DNA of 64,000 bases from Flavobacteriales bacterium (GCA_021739625.1 JAIPBJ010000004.1:1335-65334), one strand, 5' to 3'; shown: positions 8,673 through 19,190, counted from the stretch's first letter. Numbers and translations are program-made. The notes: generated by a model not told the origin, from the sequence alone.

Positions 8673-8941
8673 TTCTGTGGATCTGGCCGATAGGCGGTTA
8701 TGATGGCAAGATAGTTGGCCTTAGGGGCGCATACCACATGCAAAGGTCTGTCTTTCTCATGGAACATCAGGCAACTTTGTCCTCTGCGGTCTTCTGGATA
8801 ATCCTCAATGATGTCACCATGAACAACTGCATCGACCACCTCCGCAACGGTGATGATGACATCCTCGCTGTTCATTTCGTCAAGCGCGTGAACAGTGAAG
8901 AGGATGTTCTTAGAGGCTGCTTCGGCAATAAGCGCCTTCAT
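8636..8941 (-). CDS. DUF4258 domain protein (toxin-like partner of the YgiT zinc finger)
   Basis: MKALIAEAASKNILFTVHALDEM is a DUF4258-type start. It overlaps the downstream zinc-finger gene by 37 bp. Confidence 0.6.
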   Translation of the reverse strand: MKALIAEAASKNILFTVHALDEMNSEDVIITVAEVVDAVVHGDIIEDYPEDRRGQSCLMFHEKDRPLHVVCAPKANYLAIITAYRPDPQKWEKDLKTRKTQ

Positions 8942-8967
8942 GTGGAAAGTTATCGGGTTTGCTTGGA

Positions 8968-9537
8968 TCACCAATCGTCCCCTGCCTTGTCGGCCTTGGC
9001 AGCGATCTTATGGGTCATGTCCTTGATCAGGGCATTCAGCTCGGTGTCGATATCTATGAGCTGATAGACGTGGTTGTCGGCATTGGGGTCGTTCTCCTTG
9101 TCGGTCAGCCAACCATCAATGGGCGGGTTGCTGGTGGCCTTCATGTTCAGGTCTGTGATGACATACTTGTAGCGCCCGTCCTTGAACTGGAGGGTAAGGG
9201 TGTATTGGATGAGGCCCGACTGGCTGCTGGTCTTCTCGCCCTTCTTGTCGTAGGCGAAGATGGGGAAACGGGCAAAGACCTCCATCTCGCCATTGTCGCG
9301 CTCCTGTCTGCGCAGTTTCTCCATCGGGTTCTTATAGTAGGTCTTCACCCACTCGAAGGCACGGTCATAGAGCTCGCCCGATGATTTCCCGTCCACCTTG
9401 CCCACCCCCTCATAGGTGATGAGTTTGGTCTCCTTGCTCACCGGCATGGGCGGGTAGGGTGGCAGTTTGGTCTTCTGCGCCATGGCAGACATGGACAGCA
9501 TGGCAAGACTCATCAGCAGGAATGTGTTCTTCAACAT
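8968..9537 (-). CDS. Secreted hypothetical protein (DUF4468-like)
   Basis: Signal peptide; RYKYVITDLNMK block. Confidence 0.4.
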   Translation of the reverse strand: MLKNTFLLMSLAMLSMSAMAQKTKLPPYPPMPVSKETKLITYEGVGKVDGKSSGELYDRAFEWVKTYYKNPMEKLRRQERDNGEMEVFARFPIFAYDKKGEKTSSQSGLIQYTLTLQFKDGRYKYVITDLNMKATSNPPIDGWLTDKENDPNADNHVYQLIDIDTELNALIKDMTHKIAAKADKAGDDW

Positions 9538-9573
9538 CAGGAAGGATTTATGGGGTGAAAGGACTCTGACGGG

Positions 9574-10557
9574 CTATTGTTGTGCCCTTGCGGTCTCCGT
9601 ATCAAACTTCTCGCCAAGCTGGCCCAGACCTATGGAACGGTAGTAATTGTTGAACAGATTCACCGCAATGTCGTTGCGCTGCTCCTTGGTGGGCACGCCC
9701 AACAGTATGGTGATGACGCGATGGCCACAGCGCTGCGAGGTGGCCACCACGCAATAGCCGGCAGCATTGGTGAACCCGGTCTTCAGCCCATCGATCTCAT
9801 CGAACGATTTGACCAGCGAGTTGCGGTTGTCATACTTGAAGATGCCATTGGCATTGCGGATCTGGTCGCTGCTGCGGCAGGTGTAGTCCAGCACACAGTC
9901 GTATTTGACCAGTTCGCGGGCCAGCAGCACGAGGTCGGCAGCAGTCGATGTGTTGTGTGGCCCCACCTTCACCGGCATCCCCGTTGAGTTGACGAACAGG
10001 GTGCTGTCCATCCCCATCACCTCGGCCCGTTGGTTCATCAGTCTGACAAAGGCGGCCTCGGTGGTGCCGATATGTTCGGCAAGGGCGTAGGCCGCATCGT
10101 TGCCGCTGCGCACCATGGCCGCACCCAACAGTTCCTCCAGCATCAGCTTCTGTCCCAGTTTCAGGTAAACGCTCGACCCGCCCACCAGCGTGGCCTTTTT
10201 GCTGATGGAGACCGTATCGGTAAGGCTGATGATGCCCGCCTCGGCCTGTTCCAGCGCAATGAGGGCGACCATCATCTTGGTGAGCGATGCCACGGGAAAC
10301 TTCTTGTTGAGGTTCTTCTCCCAAACGATCTTGTTCTCCGAATGGTCATAGACAAGCCCGGCCTTGAACAGCGATGGTGAGTAGGCCAGCGAACTGTCGG
10401 TGGCGATGATGATCTGCTCTGGCGAGGCCAGCGGTTCGGGATCTGCCTTCCTTTCAGGGCCTTCGCCACCGATAAGGATCACCGGGTCGGAGAAGAGAAG
10501 GGACACGAAAAGCAGCACAGGGGCCAACATCAGTGGGATTCGCTGTGGTTTCATCAT
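9574..10557 (-). CDS. D-alanyl-D-alanine carboxypeptidase (S11, PBP5/6 family)
   Basis: SLTKMM (SxxK), SGND (SxN) and KTGFT (KTG) motifs; signal peptide. Confidence 0.85.
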   Translation of the reverse strand: MMKPQRIPLMLAPVLLFVSLLFSDPVILIGGEGPERKADPEPLASPEQIIIATDSSLAYSPSLFKAGLVYDHSENKIVWEKNLNKKFPVASLTKMMVALIALEQAEAGIISLTDTVSISKKATLVGGSSVYLKLGQKLMLEELLGAAMVRSGNDAAYALAEHIGTTEAAFVRLMNQRAEVMGMDSTLFVNSTGMPVKVGPHNTSTAADLVLLARELVKYDCVLDYTCRSSDQIRNANGIFKYDNRNSLVKSFDEIDGLKTGFTNAAGYCVVATSQRCGHRVITILLGVPTKEQRNDIAVNLFNNYYRSIGLGQLGEKFDTETARAQQ

Positions 10558-10675
10558 CCTGTTCCTCAGTGCTATGGGGGTGAAAGCTGCAATGATACAG
10601 CGGACGGTTTACGGGTCAAGGATCAAATGGTTATTGTATCAACACAAAGGTGTTCATTTCCTAAGGAACAAACTG

Positions 10676-11338
10676 TCAGCCGATAAGCAGGTCTGCCAGC
10701 CGCATGTCGAGCGGAGTGGTCACCTTGATGTTCTGGGTGTTGCCTTCCACCAGCGCAATATGTCGGCCTGTGGCCTCCACCACGGCAGCGTCATCGGTGA
10801 ACCGGTCGTGAGTGGCCGTGGCGAAGGCGCTCACAAGGATTTCTGTGCGGAAGCACTGTGGGGTCTGCACCGCCCTGAAATCATTCCGGTCCACCACTTC
10901 ACTTCCCTCTCCGTTCATTTTTCGCAGCGATTCTATGACCGGCACTGTCGGCACTGCCGCACCGAATTCGTCCGCGGCCCTGAAACAACGCTCCACCACA
11001 TCTTTGGACACGAAGGGCCTCACCCCGTCATGCACCCCGATGAGGTGGCTGCCCTGGGCCATGTTCAGCGCATGCTGCACCGAACGGAAACGGGTGTCAC
11101 CGCCTGCTACCACATCATGGGGCACACGGAATGCATGATCTGCGCAGAGCCTCGCCCATGTGGCGATGTGCCCGTTGGGCAGGGCGAGCACGATGCGCAT
11201 CGACCCGTCCATGGCGTGCAGGTTGGCAAGGGTGTGCATCAGCAGCGGCATTCCGCGCAAGGGCAGGAACTGTTTGGGCAGGTCTGCGCCCATCCTGCTG
11301 CCGCTGCCGCCCGCGACTACGATCATGGTACGTGTCAT
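10676..11338 (-). CDS. ispD: 2-C-methyl-D-erythritol 4-phosphate cytidylyltransferase
   Basis: IVVAGGSGSRMG...PKQF signature; 220 aa. Confidence 0.9.
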   Translation of the reverse strand: MTRTMIVVAGGSGSRMGADLPKQFLPLRGMPLLMHTLANLHAMDGSMRIVLALPNGHIATWARLCADHAFRVPHDVVAGGDTRFRSVQHALNMAQGSHLIGVHDGVRPFVSKDVVERCFRAADEFGAAVPTVPVIESLRKMNGEGSEVVDRNDFRAVQTPQCFRTEILVSAFATATHDRFTDDAAVVEATGRHIALVEGNTQNIKVTTPLDMRLADLLIG

Positions 11339-11529
11339 GACTTTGCCGCTTCAAAATTGTCTATCGGAAGGATGCCGTCCGGCATTGCCCTGCTGAAACT
11401 TGGGCAATCGCAACCGTTGCCACTGCCACCGCTGGGTTTGCGGTGCCGCTTGCCGCCCTTCTTCACCGCGCACGATGAAAGCACTGCCATCAGCAGCAAA
11501 GTGATTAGAAGACGAGGGGAGAGGCTCAT
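11335..11529 (-). CDS. Small putative lipoprotein
   Basis: MSLSPRLLITLLLMAVLSSCAV lipobox; overlaps the ispD start by 4 bp. Confidence 0.3.
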   Translation of the reverse strand: MSLSPRLLITLLLMAVLSSCAVKKGGKRHRKPSGGSGNGCDCPSFSRAMPDGILPIDNFEAAKS

Positions 11530-11608
11530 GGGCGGCAAAGGTACAACGCGCCAAACCGCCTTTTATTGCCTCGCGGGAAGCGGCCAAAAGGCCTATTTTT
11601 GGCCGCAG

Positions 11609-12352
11609 ATGTTCAAGCTCCTCACCCACATAGGCCGATACCTGCTCTGGATGGGCCGCGTGTTCCGCAGGCCCGAGAAGATGCGCATCTTCCGGCAACG
11701 GATATTTGACGAGGTAGTGGCCGTTGGCTACAACTCGGTGGGCCTTGTGGCGCTCGTCAGCCTGTTCATGGGCGCGGTGCTCACCATTCAGTTGGCCTAT
11801 AATCTCGAAAGTCCACTCATACCTGCCTACACGGTGGGCCTCGGTGTCCGCGACTCCATTCTTTTGGAGTTCGCCCCCACCATCATCAGCATCATTCTGG
11901 CGGGCAAGGTGGGGTCGAGCATCGCAGGCGAGATCGGCACCATGCGCGTCACCGACCAGATCGATGCCCTCGACATCATGGGGGTCAACAGCACAGGTTA
12001 CCTCGTAGGCCCCAAGGTCATCGCTGCCATGATCAGCAATCCGATCATTGTCATGATCAGCATGATCCTGGGCATCTTCGGTGGCTGGTTGGCCGGCATT
12101 CTCACTGGCGAAGTGGCCAGCAGCACCTATATCTATGGCATCCAATACTGGTTCCAGCCCTACTATATCACCTACGCGCTCATCAAGACGGTGGTGTTCG
12201 CAGTGGTCATCACCTCCATTCCTGCCTATTTCGGCTATCACACCACAGGGGGTGCATTGGAGGTGGGGCGGGCCAGCACCGTGTCGGTGGTTTACAGCAT
12301 CGTGGTCATTCTGATCTTCAACCTGCTGCTCACCCAGATGCTGCTCCAATGA
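11609..12352 (+). CDS. mlaE: MlaE family ABC transporter permease
   Basis: The true start is MFKLLTHIGRY inside a longer spurious ORF (10400..12352). Multi-TM protein with the MlaE block GAVLTIQLAY... Confidence 0.85.
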   Translation: MFKLLTHIGRYLLWMGRVFRRPEKMRIFRQRIFDEVVAVGYNSVGLVALVSLFMGAVLTIQLAYNLESPLIPAYTVGLGVRDSILLEFAPTIISIILAGKVGSSIAGEIGTMRVTDQIDALDIMGVNSTGYLVGPKVIAAMISNPIIVMISMILGIFGGWLAGILTGEVASSTYIYGIQYWFQPYYITYALIKTVVFAVVITSIPAYFGYHTTGGALEVGRASTVSVVYSIVVILIFNLLLTQMLLQ

Positions 12353-13113
12353 TCGAGGTTAAGGGTCTGAACAAGAGTTTCGGTGATGTGCAGGTACTGC
12401 GCGACATCAACGCGCAGTTCTTCAAGGGCAAGGTCAACATCATCATCGGCCAGAGCGGATCGGGAAAGACGGTGCTCACCAAGTGCATGGTGGGCCTCCA
12501 TGAGGTGGACAGCGGAACGGTGACCTACGATGGCACCGACTTCGCATCACTCAACTTCAAAGAGAAGACGCGCATCAGGAAGGACATCGGCATGCTGTTT
12601 CAGGCCGGGGCCCTGTTCGACAGCATGACCGTGGAGGAGAATGTGATGTTTCCCATCAGCATGTTCACCAATCAGACATTGGCCGAAAGACGCGACAGGG
12701 CCCACTTCTGCCTCGAACGGGTGAACCTGACCAATGCATATCAGCTCTTTCCTGCCGAGCTGAGCGGTGGCATGAAGAAGCGGGTGGCCATTGCGCGCGC
12801 CATTGCCAACAACCCGAAATATCTCTATTGCGATGAGCCCAACAGCGGTCTCGATCCCAAGACAGGACTGGTCATCGACCAGCTCATTCAGGAGATCACC
12901 GAGGAGTATGACATCACCACCATCGTCATCACCCACGACATGAACTCGGTCATCGAGATCGGTGAACACATCCAGTTCATCTATAAGGGAGAGAACTGGT
13001 GGCAGGGCACCAAGGAGGAGATCCTGCGCACCGACAACAAGGAGGTGAGCGACTTCGTCTATGCCTCCAAGTTCATGAAGCGCGTGCGGCAGGACCTGGC
13101 CAAGGCGCAATAG
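12349..13113 (+). CDS. mlaF: ABC transporter ATP-binding protein (MlaF-like)
   Basis: Walker A GQSGSGKT, LSGGMKKR, CDEPNSGLDP; overlaps mlaE by 4 bp. Confidence 0.75.
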   Translation: MIEVKGLNKSFGDVQVLRDINAQFFKGKVNIIIGQSGSGKTVLTKCMVGLHEVDSGTVTYDGTDFASLNFKEKTRIRKDIGMLFQAGALFDSMTVEENVMFPISMFTNQTLAERRDRAHFCLERVNLTNAYQLFPAELSGGMKKRVAIARAIANNPKYLYCDEPNSGLDPKTGLVIDQLIQEITEEYDITTIVITHDMNSVIEIGEHIQFIYKGENWWQGTKEEILRTDNKEVSDFVYASKFMKRVRQDLAKAQ

Positions 13114-13167
13114 TCTCCTGAAAATCCATGTTTCTGTGAACGGGCCAATGATTCCCGATCAAAGGAA

Positions 13168-14691
13168 TCAATGTATCCCGTGCATCTTCTTCCTGATGAA
13201 TTTTGACATCAGGATCAGCAGCATTCCGGCCCCGATGGGCAGGAAGGTGTAGATGAGGAAGAACGTGGAGAGTGAATACATGGCAGCGATCTTGTCGATG
13301 AGGCTACCGGTCCACCCGGCCAGGTAATTGGCCAGGGCCGAAGCGAGGAACCAGATGCCGAACATCAGGCCCACCAACCTGACGGGGGCCAATTTGCTCA
13401 CGTAGGACAGGCCCACAGGTGAAAGGCACAGTTCGCCCATCGTATGCAGGAAATAGGCCAAGATGAGCCATATCATGCTCACCTGCGCGGTCTGCGCACC
13501 CGATGCGATGCCAAGCCCACCGTAGGCCAGCACCCCGAAACCGAGACCGAGCAGGATGAGGCCCAATGCGAATTTGACCGGTGCCGATGGATTCATCTTG
13601 CTCTCCCACATCTTGGAGAAGATCGGGGCAAAGGCAATGATGAAGAACGAGTTGAGAATGCCGAACCAAGAGGCAGGCACCTCGCTGCTCTCTGCGTTGA
13701 ACTCATTGCGGATCATCCAGATGGCCACCCCCCAGATAATGGCGAAACTGAGACCCAGAAACAGGTTGGAGAGCGCATATTTGCTGAAGGTCTGCTTGAA
13801 GAGCATTGCCAGCACGTAGGTGACAATGGCCAACGGAGTGATGGACAGCAGTGCATTGGCCCACCTGAAGGCCACGGCCGCATCGCCCTCCAACAGGCGG
13901 TTGGTATAGTCCTTGGCGAAGATGGTCATGGAACCGCCCGCCTGCTCAAAGGCCATCCAGAAGAAGATGGTGAAGAACGAGAAGATGCCGATGACCACCA
14001 GCCGGTCGCGCTCTACGTGGGCGGGTATGACCTCCGCATTCGGATCCACCGCTGCCACATGACCTTTGATAGGCTTCATCCCTATATCCCCAAAAATGCC
14101 CTGGGCGAAGTAGAACTGCATCATGCCGAAGAACATGAAGATGCCCGCCAGTCCGAAACCATAGCTCCAGCCCACTTTCTCTCCGATGTAGCCGCAGAGC
14201 AGGATGCCCAGGAATGCCCCGGCATTGATGCCCATATAGAAGATGGTGTAGGCCGAGTCCTTCTTGTCGCTTCCCTGCGGATAGAGGCCGCCCACAATAG
14301 AGGAGATGTTCGGTTTGAATGCGCCATTGCCAAGAATCAGCAGGCCCAGACCTACGTAGAAGAAGAACTCCGTTTCGAAGGCCATCGAGGCATGCCCCAT
14401 GGTCATCAGCAATGCACCGAGCAGCACCGCCCAGCGATGGCCGATCAGCTTATCGGCCAATAGACCGCCCAGAATAGGGGTGAGATAGACGAGGCCGGTG
14501 TAGATGCCATAGAGCTTGAGCGCATCCTCGCGGTCCCAGGCCCAACCGCCCTCGGTCAGTCCGCTCACAAGGAACAGCACCAGCAACGCCCGCATACCAT
14601 AGTAGCTGAAACGTTCCCACATCTCGGTGAAGAATAGGATGAACAGCCCGGCCGGGTGTCCCATCAGTTGCGGTTGCTGCGGCAGTGTCAT
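13168..14691 (-). CDS. POT/PTR2 family proton-dependent di/tripeptide transporter
   Basis: ERFSYYGMRALL PTR2 signature; 507 aa, multi-TM. Confidence 0.9.
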   Translation of the reverse strand: MTLPQQPQLMGHPAGLFILFFTEMWERFSYYGMRALLVLFLVSGLTEGGWAWDREDALKLYGIYTGLVYLTPILGGLLADKLIGHRWAVLLGALLMTMGHASMAFETEFFFYVGLGLLILGNGAFKPNISSIVGGLYPQGSDKKDSAYTIFYMGINAGAFLGILLCGYIGEKVGWSYGFGLAGIFMFFGMMQFYFAQGIFGDIGMKPIKGHVAAVDPNAEVIPAHVERDRLVVIGIFSFFTIFFWMAFEQAGGSMTIFAKDYTNRLLEGDAAVAFRWANALLSITPLAIVTYVLAMLFKQTFSKYALSNLFLGLSFAIIWGVAIWMIRNEFNAESSEVPASWFGILNSFFIIAFAPIFSKMWESKMNPSAPVKFALGLILLGLGFGVLAYGGLGIASGAQTAQVSMIWLILAYFLHTMGELCLSPVGLSYVSKLAPVRLVGLMFGIWFLASALANYLAGWTGSLIDKIAAMYSLSTFFLIYTFLPIGAGMLLILMSKFIRKKMHGIH

Positions 14692-14796
14692 GTGTGTAGG
14701 TTATGAGCGGTTGAAAGTAAGCTATTCAGGTCATCAGCGAATCAGCAATTCAGGAAACGGACGCCCCCGTCCCGTGTCTCTCTCCCCCCGTCCTTT

Positions 14797-16974
14797 TCAG
14801 AGATTCTTCTTCAGGAAATCTGTCATTTTGGTAAAAAGGTGCAGCCGCGAATTGGGGCCATAGATGCCATGGTCGAGGTCGGGATATACCATCAGGTCGA
14901 ACTGTTTGTTGGCCTTGATAAGTGCCTCTATCATCACCATCGAATGCTGAAAATGCACGTTGTCGTCACCGCTGCCGTGTATGAGCAGATAGCTGCCGCG
15001 CAGCTTGTTCACATGGTTCACGGGCGAGTTGTCGTCATAGCCGCTGGGGTTCTCCTGCGGGGTGCGCATGAAACGCTCGGTGTAGATGTTGTCGTAATAC
15101 CGCCAGTTGGTGACAGGTGCCACCGCGATGGCCGCTTTGAAATGGTCGGCACCCTTGGTGATGCCCAACGAGCTGAGATAGCCCCCATAGCTCCAACCGA
15201 ACATGCCGATGCGGTCCTTGTCCACATAAGGCAGCGTGGCCAGATACTTGGCCGTTTCGATGCAGTCCTCGGTCTCCAGTTTGCCCAGTTCCATATAGAT
15301 GCTGTGCTTGAAATCGCGGCCACGGTGGTCTGTGCCCCGTGGATCCATGGCCACCACCACATAGCCCTGTTGCACCATGTATTGAAGCCAAAGGATGTTG
15401 GGCACGTTCCAGTCGTCTTCCACGTAGGTGCGGCCCGAACCGCCATATACGTACAGCAGCACGGGGTATTTTTTTGCGGGATCCATGTTGGCGGGCTTCA
15501 TCGCCCATGCATTCAAAGCGGTTCCATGCGATGGTATGAAGGTGAAGAACTCGCGTTTCACCATTCCCACCTTGGCCGCCAGTTCTCTGAGGCGTTGGTT
15601 GTCCTTCAGAACTCTGATCTGCTTGCCCTTGGCATCATTGAGTGTGATGACGGGCGGTGTGTCGGCAGTGGAATGGCGGTTGATGAAATAGTGCATGCCG
15701 GTGCTGAAATCGGCATCGTTGTGCCCTCGCTCGGGCGTCAGTTTGCGCTTCCATCGTCCATCGATGGACACTGAATACACGTGCCTTTGCGATGGCCCTT
15801 CCTCCAGACTCTGATAGTAGATGTTCTGTTCCTTGGTGTCGAGACCATAGAATTCTGTCACCTCCCAATTCCCTTTGGTAAGCTGCATCACAAGCTTTCC
15901 ACTCATATCATGCAGATACAGGTGGTGGAAACCATCGCGTTCGCTGCTGTAGATGAACTGATTCGCGTTCTCAAGGAATATCAGGTTGTCGTTGATGTCG
16001 ATATAGGTCTTGCTCTCCTCGCTGAGGATGGTGCGGGTGCTTCCATCCTTGGCACTGGCCAGCAGCAGGTCCCACCGGTTCTGGAGGCGGTTTAGCCTTT
16101 GAACCGACAGCATGCCCGCATTGCGGGTCCACTTGATGCGCGGGATGTAGATGTCGGTCTCCGTGCCGATGTCCACCTTGACCCGATGCCCTGTCTCAGA
16201 ATCCGCAATGAAGATGTTCACGATTGAATTGGCCTCGCCTGCCTTGGGATATTTGAAGGTCACTTTCTCGGGATAGAGCATTCCACTGAAGTTCATCATG
16301 GTGAATTCGCGCACCTGCTCCTCGTTGAATTCATAGTAGGCGATATGCTTTCCGTCAGGCGACCATTGGAATGCCTGTGTGAAGGCGAACTCCTCTTCAT
16401 ACACCCAGTCGCTCATGCCATTGATGATGAAGTCCTTCCTGCCGTTGTCGGTAAGCCGCACAGTGGCCCCGGTGGTCAGATTCTCCACCCACAGGTCGTT
16501 GTCCCTGACGTAGGCCACGCGGTCTGACGCGGGTGAGAAAGTGGCATGGAAGACCTGCGCACCACCGGCCACCGGCTGCACCTTGCCGGTGGCGATATTC
16601 AAGGTGTAGTAAGCGTAGCTGCTTGAATAGCGGTAGAGTTCCTGCGGCTCTGTGGCAACGAGCACCTGTGTCTCATCGGCATTGAAGGCATATTCTTCCA
16701 TTGCCAATGCCCGGCCCGCGTAGGTGAGCATGGCGGGCGGTATGAACACCGCCACCTCTTCGCCTGTCCGGTATGCGTATTTGACGATGGACTTTCCGTT
16801 GGCAGCACTGCTCATGACGGTGTAGTGAAGCCCGTCATTCATCGACCGCAGTCCCTGCACACCTTCTGTGCGGTAGGTGCCATGCTGCCAGATGTCCTCC
16901 AGCGTGAGCGAGGTCTGGGCAAAAGCGCACGGATGTATGAGGAGAAGGACTGCAATGGAAGGCAACAGGCGCAT
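14797..16974 (-). CDS. S9 family peptidase, dipeptidyl-peptidase IV-like
   Basis: Signal peptide, beta-propeller N-terminal half, catalytic GWSYGGY, and D and H later in the sequence. Confidence 0.9.
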   Translation of the reverse strand: MRLLPSIAVLLLIHPCAFAQTSLTLEDIWQHGTYRTEGVQGLRSMNDGLHYTVMSSAANGKSIVKYAYRTGEEVAVFIPPAMLTYAGRALAMEEYAFNADETQVLVATEPQELYRYSSSYAYYTLNIATGKVQPVAGGAQVFHATFSPASDRVAYVRDNDLWVENLTTGATVRLTDNGRKDFIINGMSDWVYEEEFAFTQAFQWSPDGKHIAYYEFNEEQVREFTMMNFSGMLYPEKVTFKYPKAGEANSIVNIFIADSETGHRVKVDIGTETDIYIPRIKWTRNAGMLSVQRLNRLQNRWDLLLASAKDGSTRTILSEESKTYIDINDNLIFLENANQFIYSSERDGFHHLYLHDMSGKLVMQLTKGNWEVTEFYGLDTKEQNIYYQSLEEGPSQRHVYSVSIDGRWKRKLTPERGHNDADFSTGMHYFINRHSTADTPPVITLNDAKGKQIRVLKDNQRLRELAAKVGMVKREFFTFIPSHGTALNAWAMKPANMDPAKKYPVLLYVYGGSGRTYVEDDWNVPNILWLQYMVQQGYVVVAMDPRGTDHRGRDFKHSIYMELGKLETEDCIETAKYLATLPYVDKDRIGMFGWSYGGYLSSLGITKGADHFKAAIAVAPVTNWRYYDNIYTERFMRTPQENPSGYDDNSPVNHVNKLRGSYLLIHGSGDDNVHFQHSMVMIEALIKANKQFDLMVYPDLDHGIYGPNSRLHLFTKMTDFLKKNL

Positions 16975-17049
16975 GTCGTGCTATTTGTATCGGGCGGCAA
17001 AGAACGGAAAGCGCAGGCGGCAGTCCGTGTGAAGCGGAAGGTGCAGCAC

Positions 17050-18516
17050 TCAGTAGGCGGTCTTTGCGAACCGCATGTTCGCTTCGGCCGTTCTGAGCAC
17101 ATAGATCCCGTTCGGAATATCGGTGACATCAATGACCACTCCCTCCTGTCCATCGGCAACCGGAATGGTGCGGAGCAGCCTGCCCTGTGTGTCGAACAGT
17201 TGGAGCGTGCCTGTGCTGGGCGTTGTGTTCCAGCTCACGTGCAACATGCTGCTGACGGGATTGGGGAAAAGGACCGAAGTGCCATTTTCCATTGTCGGGA
17301 CCGCAGTGGGCTGCACCACTTCGACCTCCATGGTCTGTTCGTTACCGAGCACTTCGATGCTGCTCACTTCGACCACGCTCATGGCCCAGATGCCGGTGGC
17401 ATTCCACAGCACATCAATGGAACTGCCATTGTCTGCGATGATGGTGCCGCCCGAAACTGTCCAGCAGAACTGCGAGCCGGGCTGCCCGGTAACGGAATAG
17501 GTTCTGGTCTCTCCCTGTGGCACACTGTCATCGCCCACGATGGCCGATGTGTGCGGGCGCATGATCTCGTAGAGGAAAGGAGTGGAGTAGCGGTACACGG
17601 TGTCCAACAGTGTGGCATCGGTCAGCCAAGGTTCGTGGCCAATGCCCACCAGCGGCACCAGTTGGTTCATGATCCCGAGATGGTCCAACCGCTGATGGAT
17701 GGGCGCACTGCCCTGCACTGCTGGAAAGACGGGATAGGAGAACGGGCTGCCGGTGTTGTAGGGAACAATGAGGTCGTCCGTGCCATGGAAGGAGATGACC
17801 GGGACATTGTCCTTGGCGATGGGGTCAATATAAATGGTGTCGAGCATCGCGCCCCAGTTATTGATGATGCCCTTGGGCCTCAGTTCGCGGTTGTCGATGT
17901 AATTGTTGCCCGAACAGTTGGCGCAGCCCATGTCGGCCGGTTCGAGCAGAATGCCATAACTGGAGGCGGGCCTGTCGCCTTCTTCCATGAAAGTGCTGTG
18001 AAGTGCCGAGAAGCACCCTGCACTGGTCCCGGTGAGGAAGATGGTGGTGGTGTCGATGCCATAGCCCTCGCTGAACTGGCCGAGATAGCGCATGGCGGCC
18101 CTTACATCCTGCACCCCGCGATAAACGGCCCGTTCGGCACTTTCGCTGCTGGCAGTGTTGAACCCGATGCGATAGTCGATGGATGCCACCACATAGCCCA
18201 AACGGGCAAAATGCTCGCAGAACTGTGGGACGGGCGGCTGGAAGCGAGTGCCGATCAGAAATCCTCCCCCGAAGGTGTAGATGATGAGGGGCCGTTTCTC
18301 AAGTAAATCCCCTGTGGGCATGTAGAGGTCGAGTAGCAGGTCCTGCGACCCGATGACCCCATAAGGGTCTGCGGCCGCGAACTGGACGCCCGACAGGACA
18401 TCCACCCCATCGAACACCTCATCGAGGTATCGGACCGAATTGCAGTTCTGCGATGACAGTCCCTGATGGGTCAGCAGAAGTACCAGTGACAGCAGGATTC
18501 TCATGGGCCGGCTCAT
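17050..18516 (-). CDS. Secreted alpha/beta-hydrolase (esterase/lipase) with T9SS C-terminal domain
   Basis: GTSAGC nucleophile elbow. The C-terminus ...NGIYVLRTAEANMRFAKTAY is a Por CTD. Confidence 0.75.
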   Translation of the reverse strand: MSRPMRILLSLVLLLTHQGLSSQNCNSVRYLDEVFDGVDVLSGVQFAAADPYGVIGSQDLLLDLYMPTGDLLEKRPLIIYTFGGGFLIGTRFQPPVPQFCEHFARLGYVVASIDYRIGFNTASSESAERAVYRGVQDVRAAMRYLGQFSEGYGIDTTTIFLTGTSAGCFSALHSTFMEEGDRPASSYGILLEPADMGCANCSGNNYIDNRELRPKGIINNWGAMLDTIYIDPIAKDNVPVISFHGTDDLIVPYNTGSPFSYPVFPAVQGSAPIHQRLDHLGIMNQLVPLVGIGHEPWLTDATLLDTVYRYSTPFLYEIMRPHTSAIVGDDSVPQGETRTYSVTGQPGSQFCWTVSGGTIIADNGSSIDVLWNATGIWAMSVVEVSSIEVLGNEQTMEVEVVQPTAVPTMENGTSVLFPNPVSSMLHVSWNTTPSTGTLQLFDTQGRLLRTIPVADGQEGVVIDVTDIPNGIYVLRTAEANMRFAKTAY

Positions 18517-18539
18517 AGGCCAAATTTAGTGGGAAGGGA

Positions 18540-19181
18540 TCAAAGCCGCCCTTTCAGCTCAATCTTGCCCCTTCCCAACTTCAATTTGCCGCGCTTCTCC
18601 ATCTGTTTCAACAGCCGTGAAATGACCTCGCGCGAAGTGTTCAGGTCCTGCGCCACCTCTTGATGCGAAACGGTGAGCAGCTTTGATTCCGTTCCCTTCG
18701 CCTTTGTGATGAGGTAATTCTCCAAACGCTCGTCCATGCGTTGGAAGGCGATGCTGTCGATGGTCTCCAACAGTTCTTCGAAACGCTTGGCATAGGTGTT
18801 CATCACGAACGACCGCCAGTCGCGAAAGCGCATCCATTCGTCCATGAGGGCCACGGGAAGGGCGATCATCTGCACGGGATCAACGGCCACTGCCCTTATC
18901 TCGCTCTTGCGGCCCTCCATGCAACAGGTGAGCGACATGGCGCAGGTCTCACCGGCCTTCAGGTAATAGAGCAGCAGTTCGTTGCCGTCAGCATCCTCGC
19001 GCATCACCTTCACCGATCCGCTCACGATCATCGGTATGGTGCGTATGGGGCTTCCGATGTCGATGAGGTAGTCGCCCTCATCAATGGATTCCAGTTTGCC
19101 ATTGCCAATGATGCCCTTGACCAGGTCGGTGTCCAGAATTTTCGGGAAGTTCTTTGCGAGGATGTCGGCTATGTTGTCCAT
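18540..19181 (-). CDS. Crp/Fnr family transcriptional regulator
   Basis: cNMP-binding fold plus a C-terminal HTH (VSHQEVAQDLNTSREVISRLLKQ). Confidence 0.85.
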   Translation of the reverse strand: MDNIADILAKNFPKILDTDLVKGIIGNGKLESIDEGDYLIDIGSPIRTIPMIVSGSVKVMREDADGNELLLYYLKAGETCAMSLTCCMEGRKSEIRAVAVDPVQMIALPVALMDEWMRFRDWRSFVMNTYAKRFEELLETIDSIAFQRMDERLENYLITKAKGTESKLLTVSHQEVAQDLNTSREVISRLLKQMEKRGKLKLGRGKIELKGRL

Positions 19182-19190
19182 GGGGTCGGT

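Noticed and set aside
10400-11608. N-terminal 403 codons of the 650-aa ORF
   Set aside because: It runs antisense across ispD and the small lipoprotein gene. The MlaE homology begins only at MFKLLTHIGRY (11609).
13444-14463. 339-aa + strand ORF (Glu/His/Asp-rich)
   Set aside because: It is antisense to the POT transporter gene.
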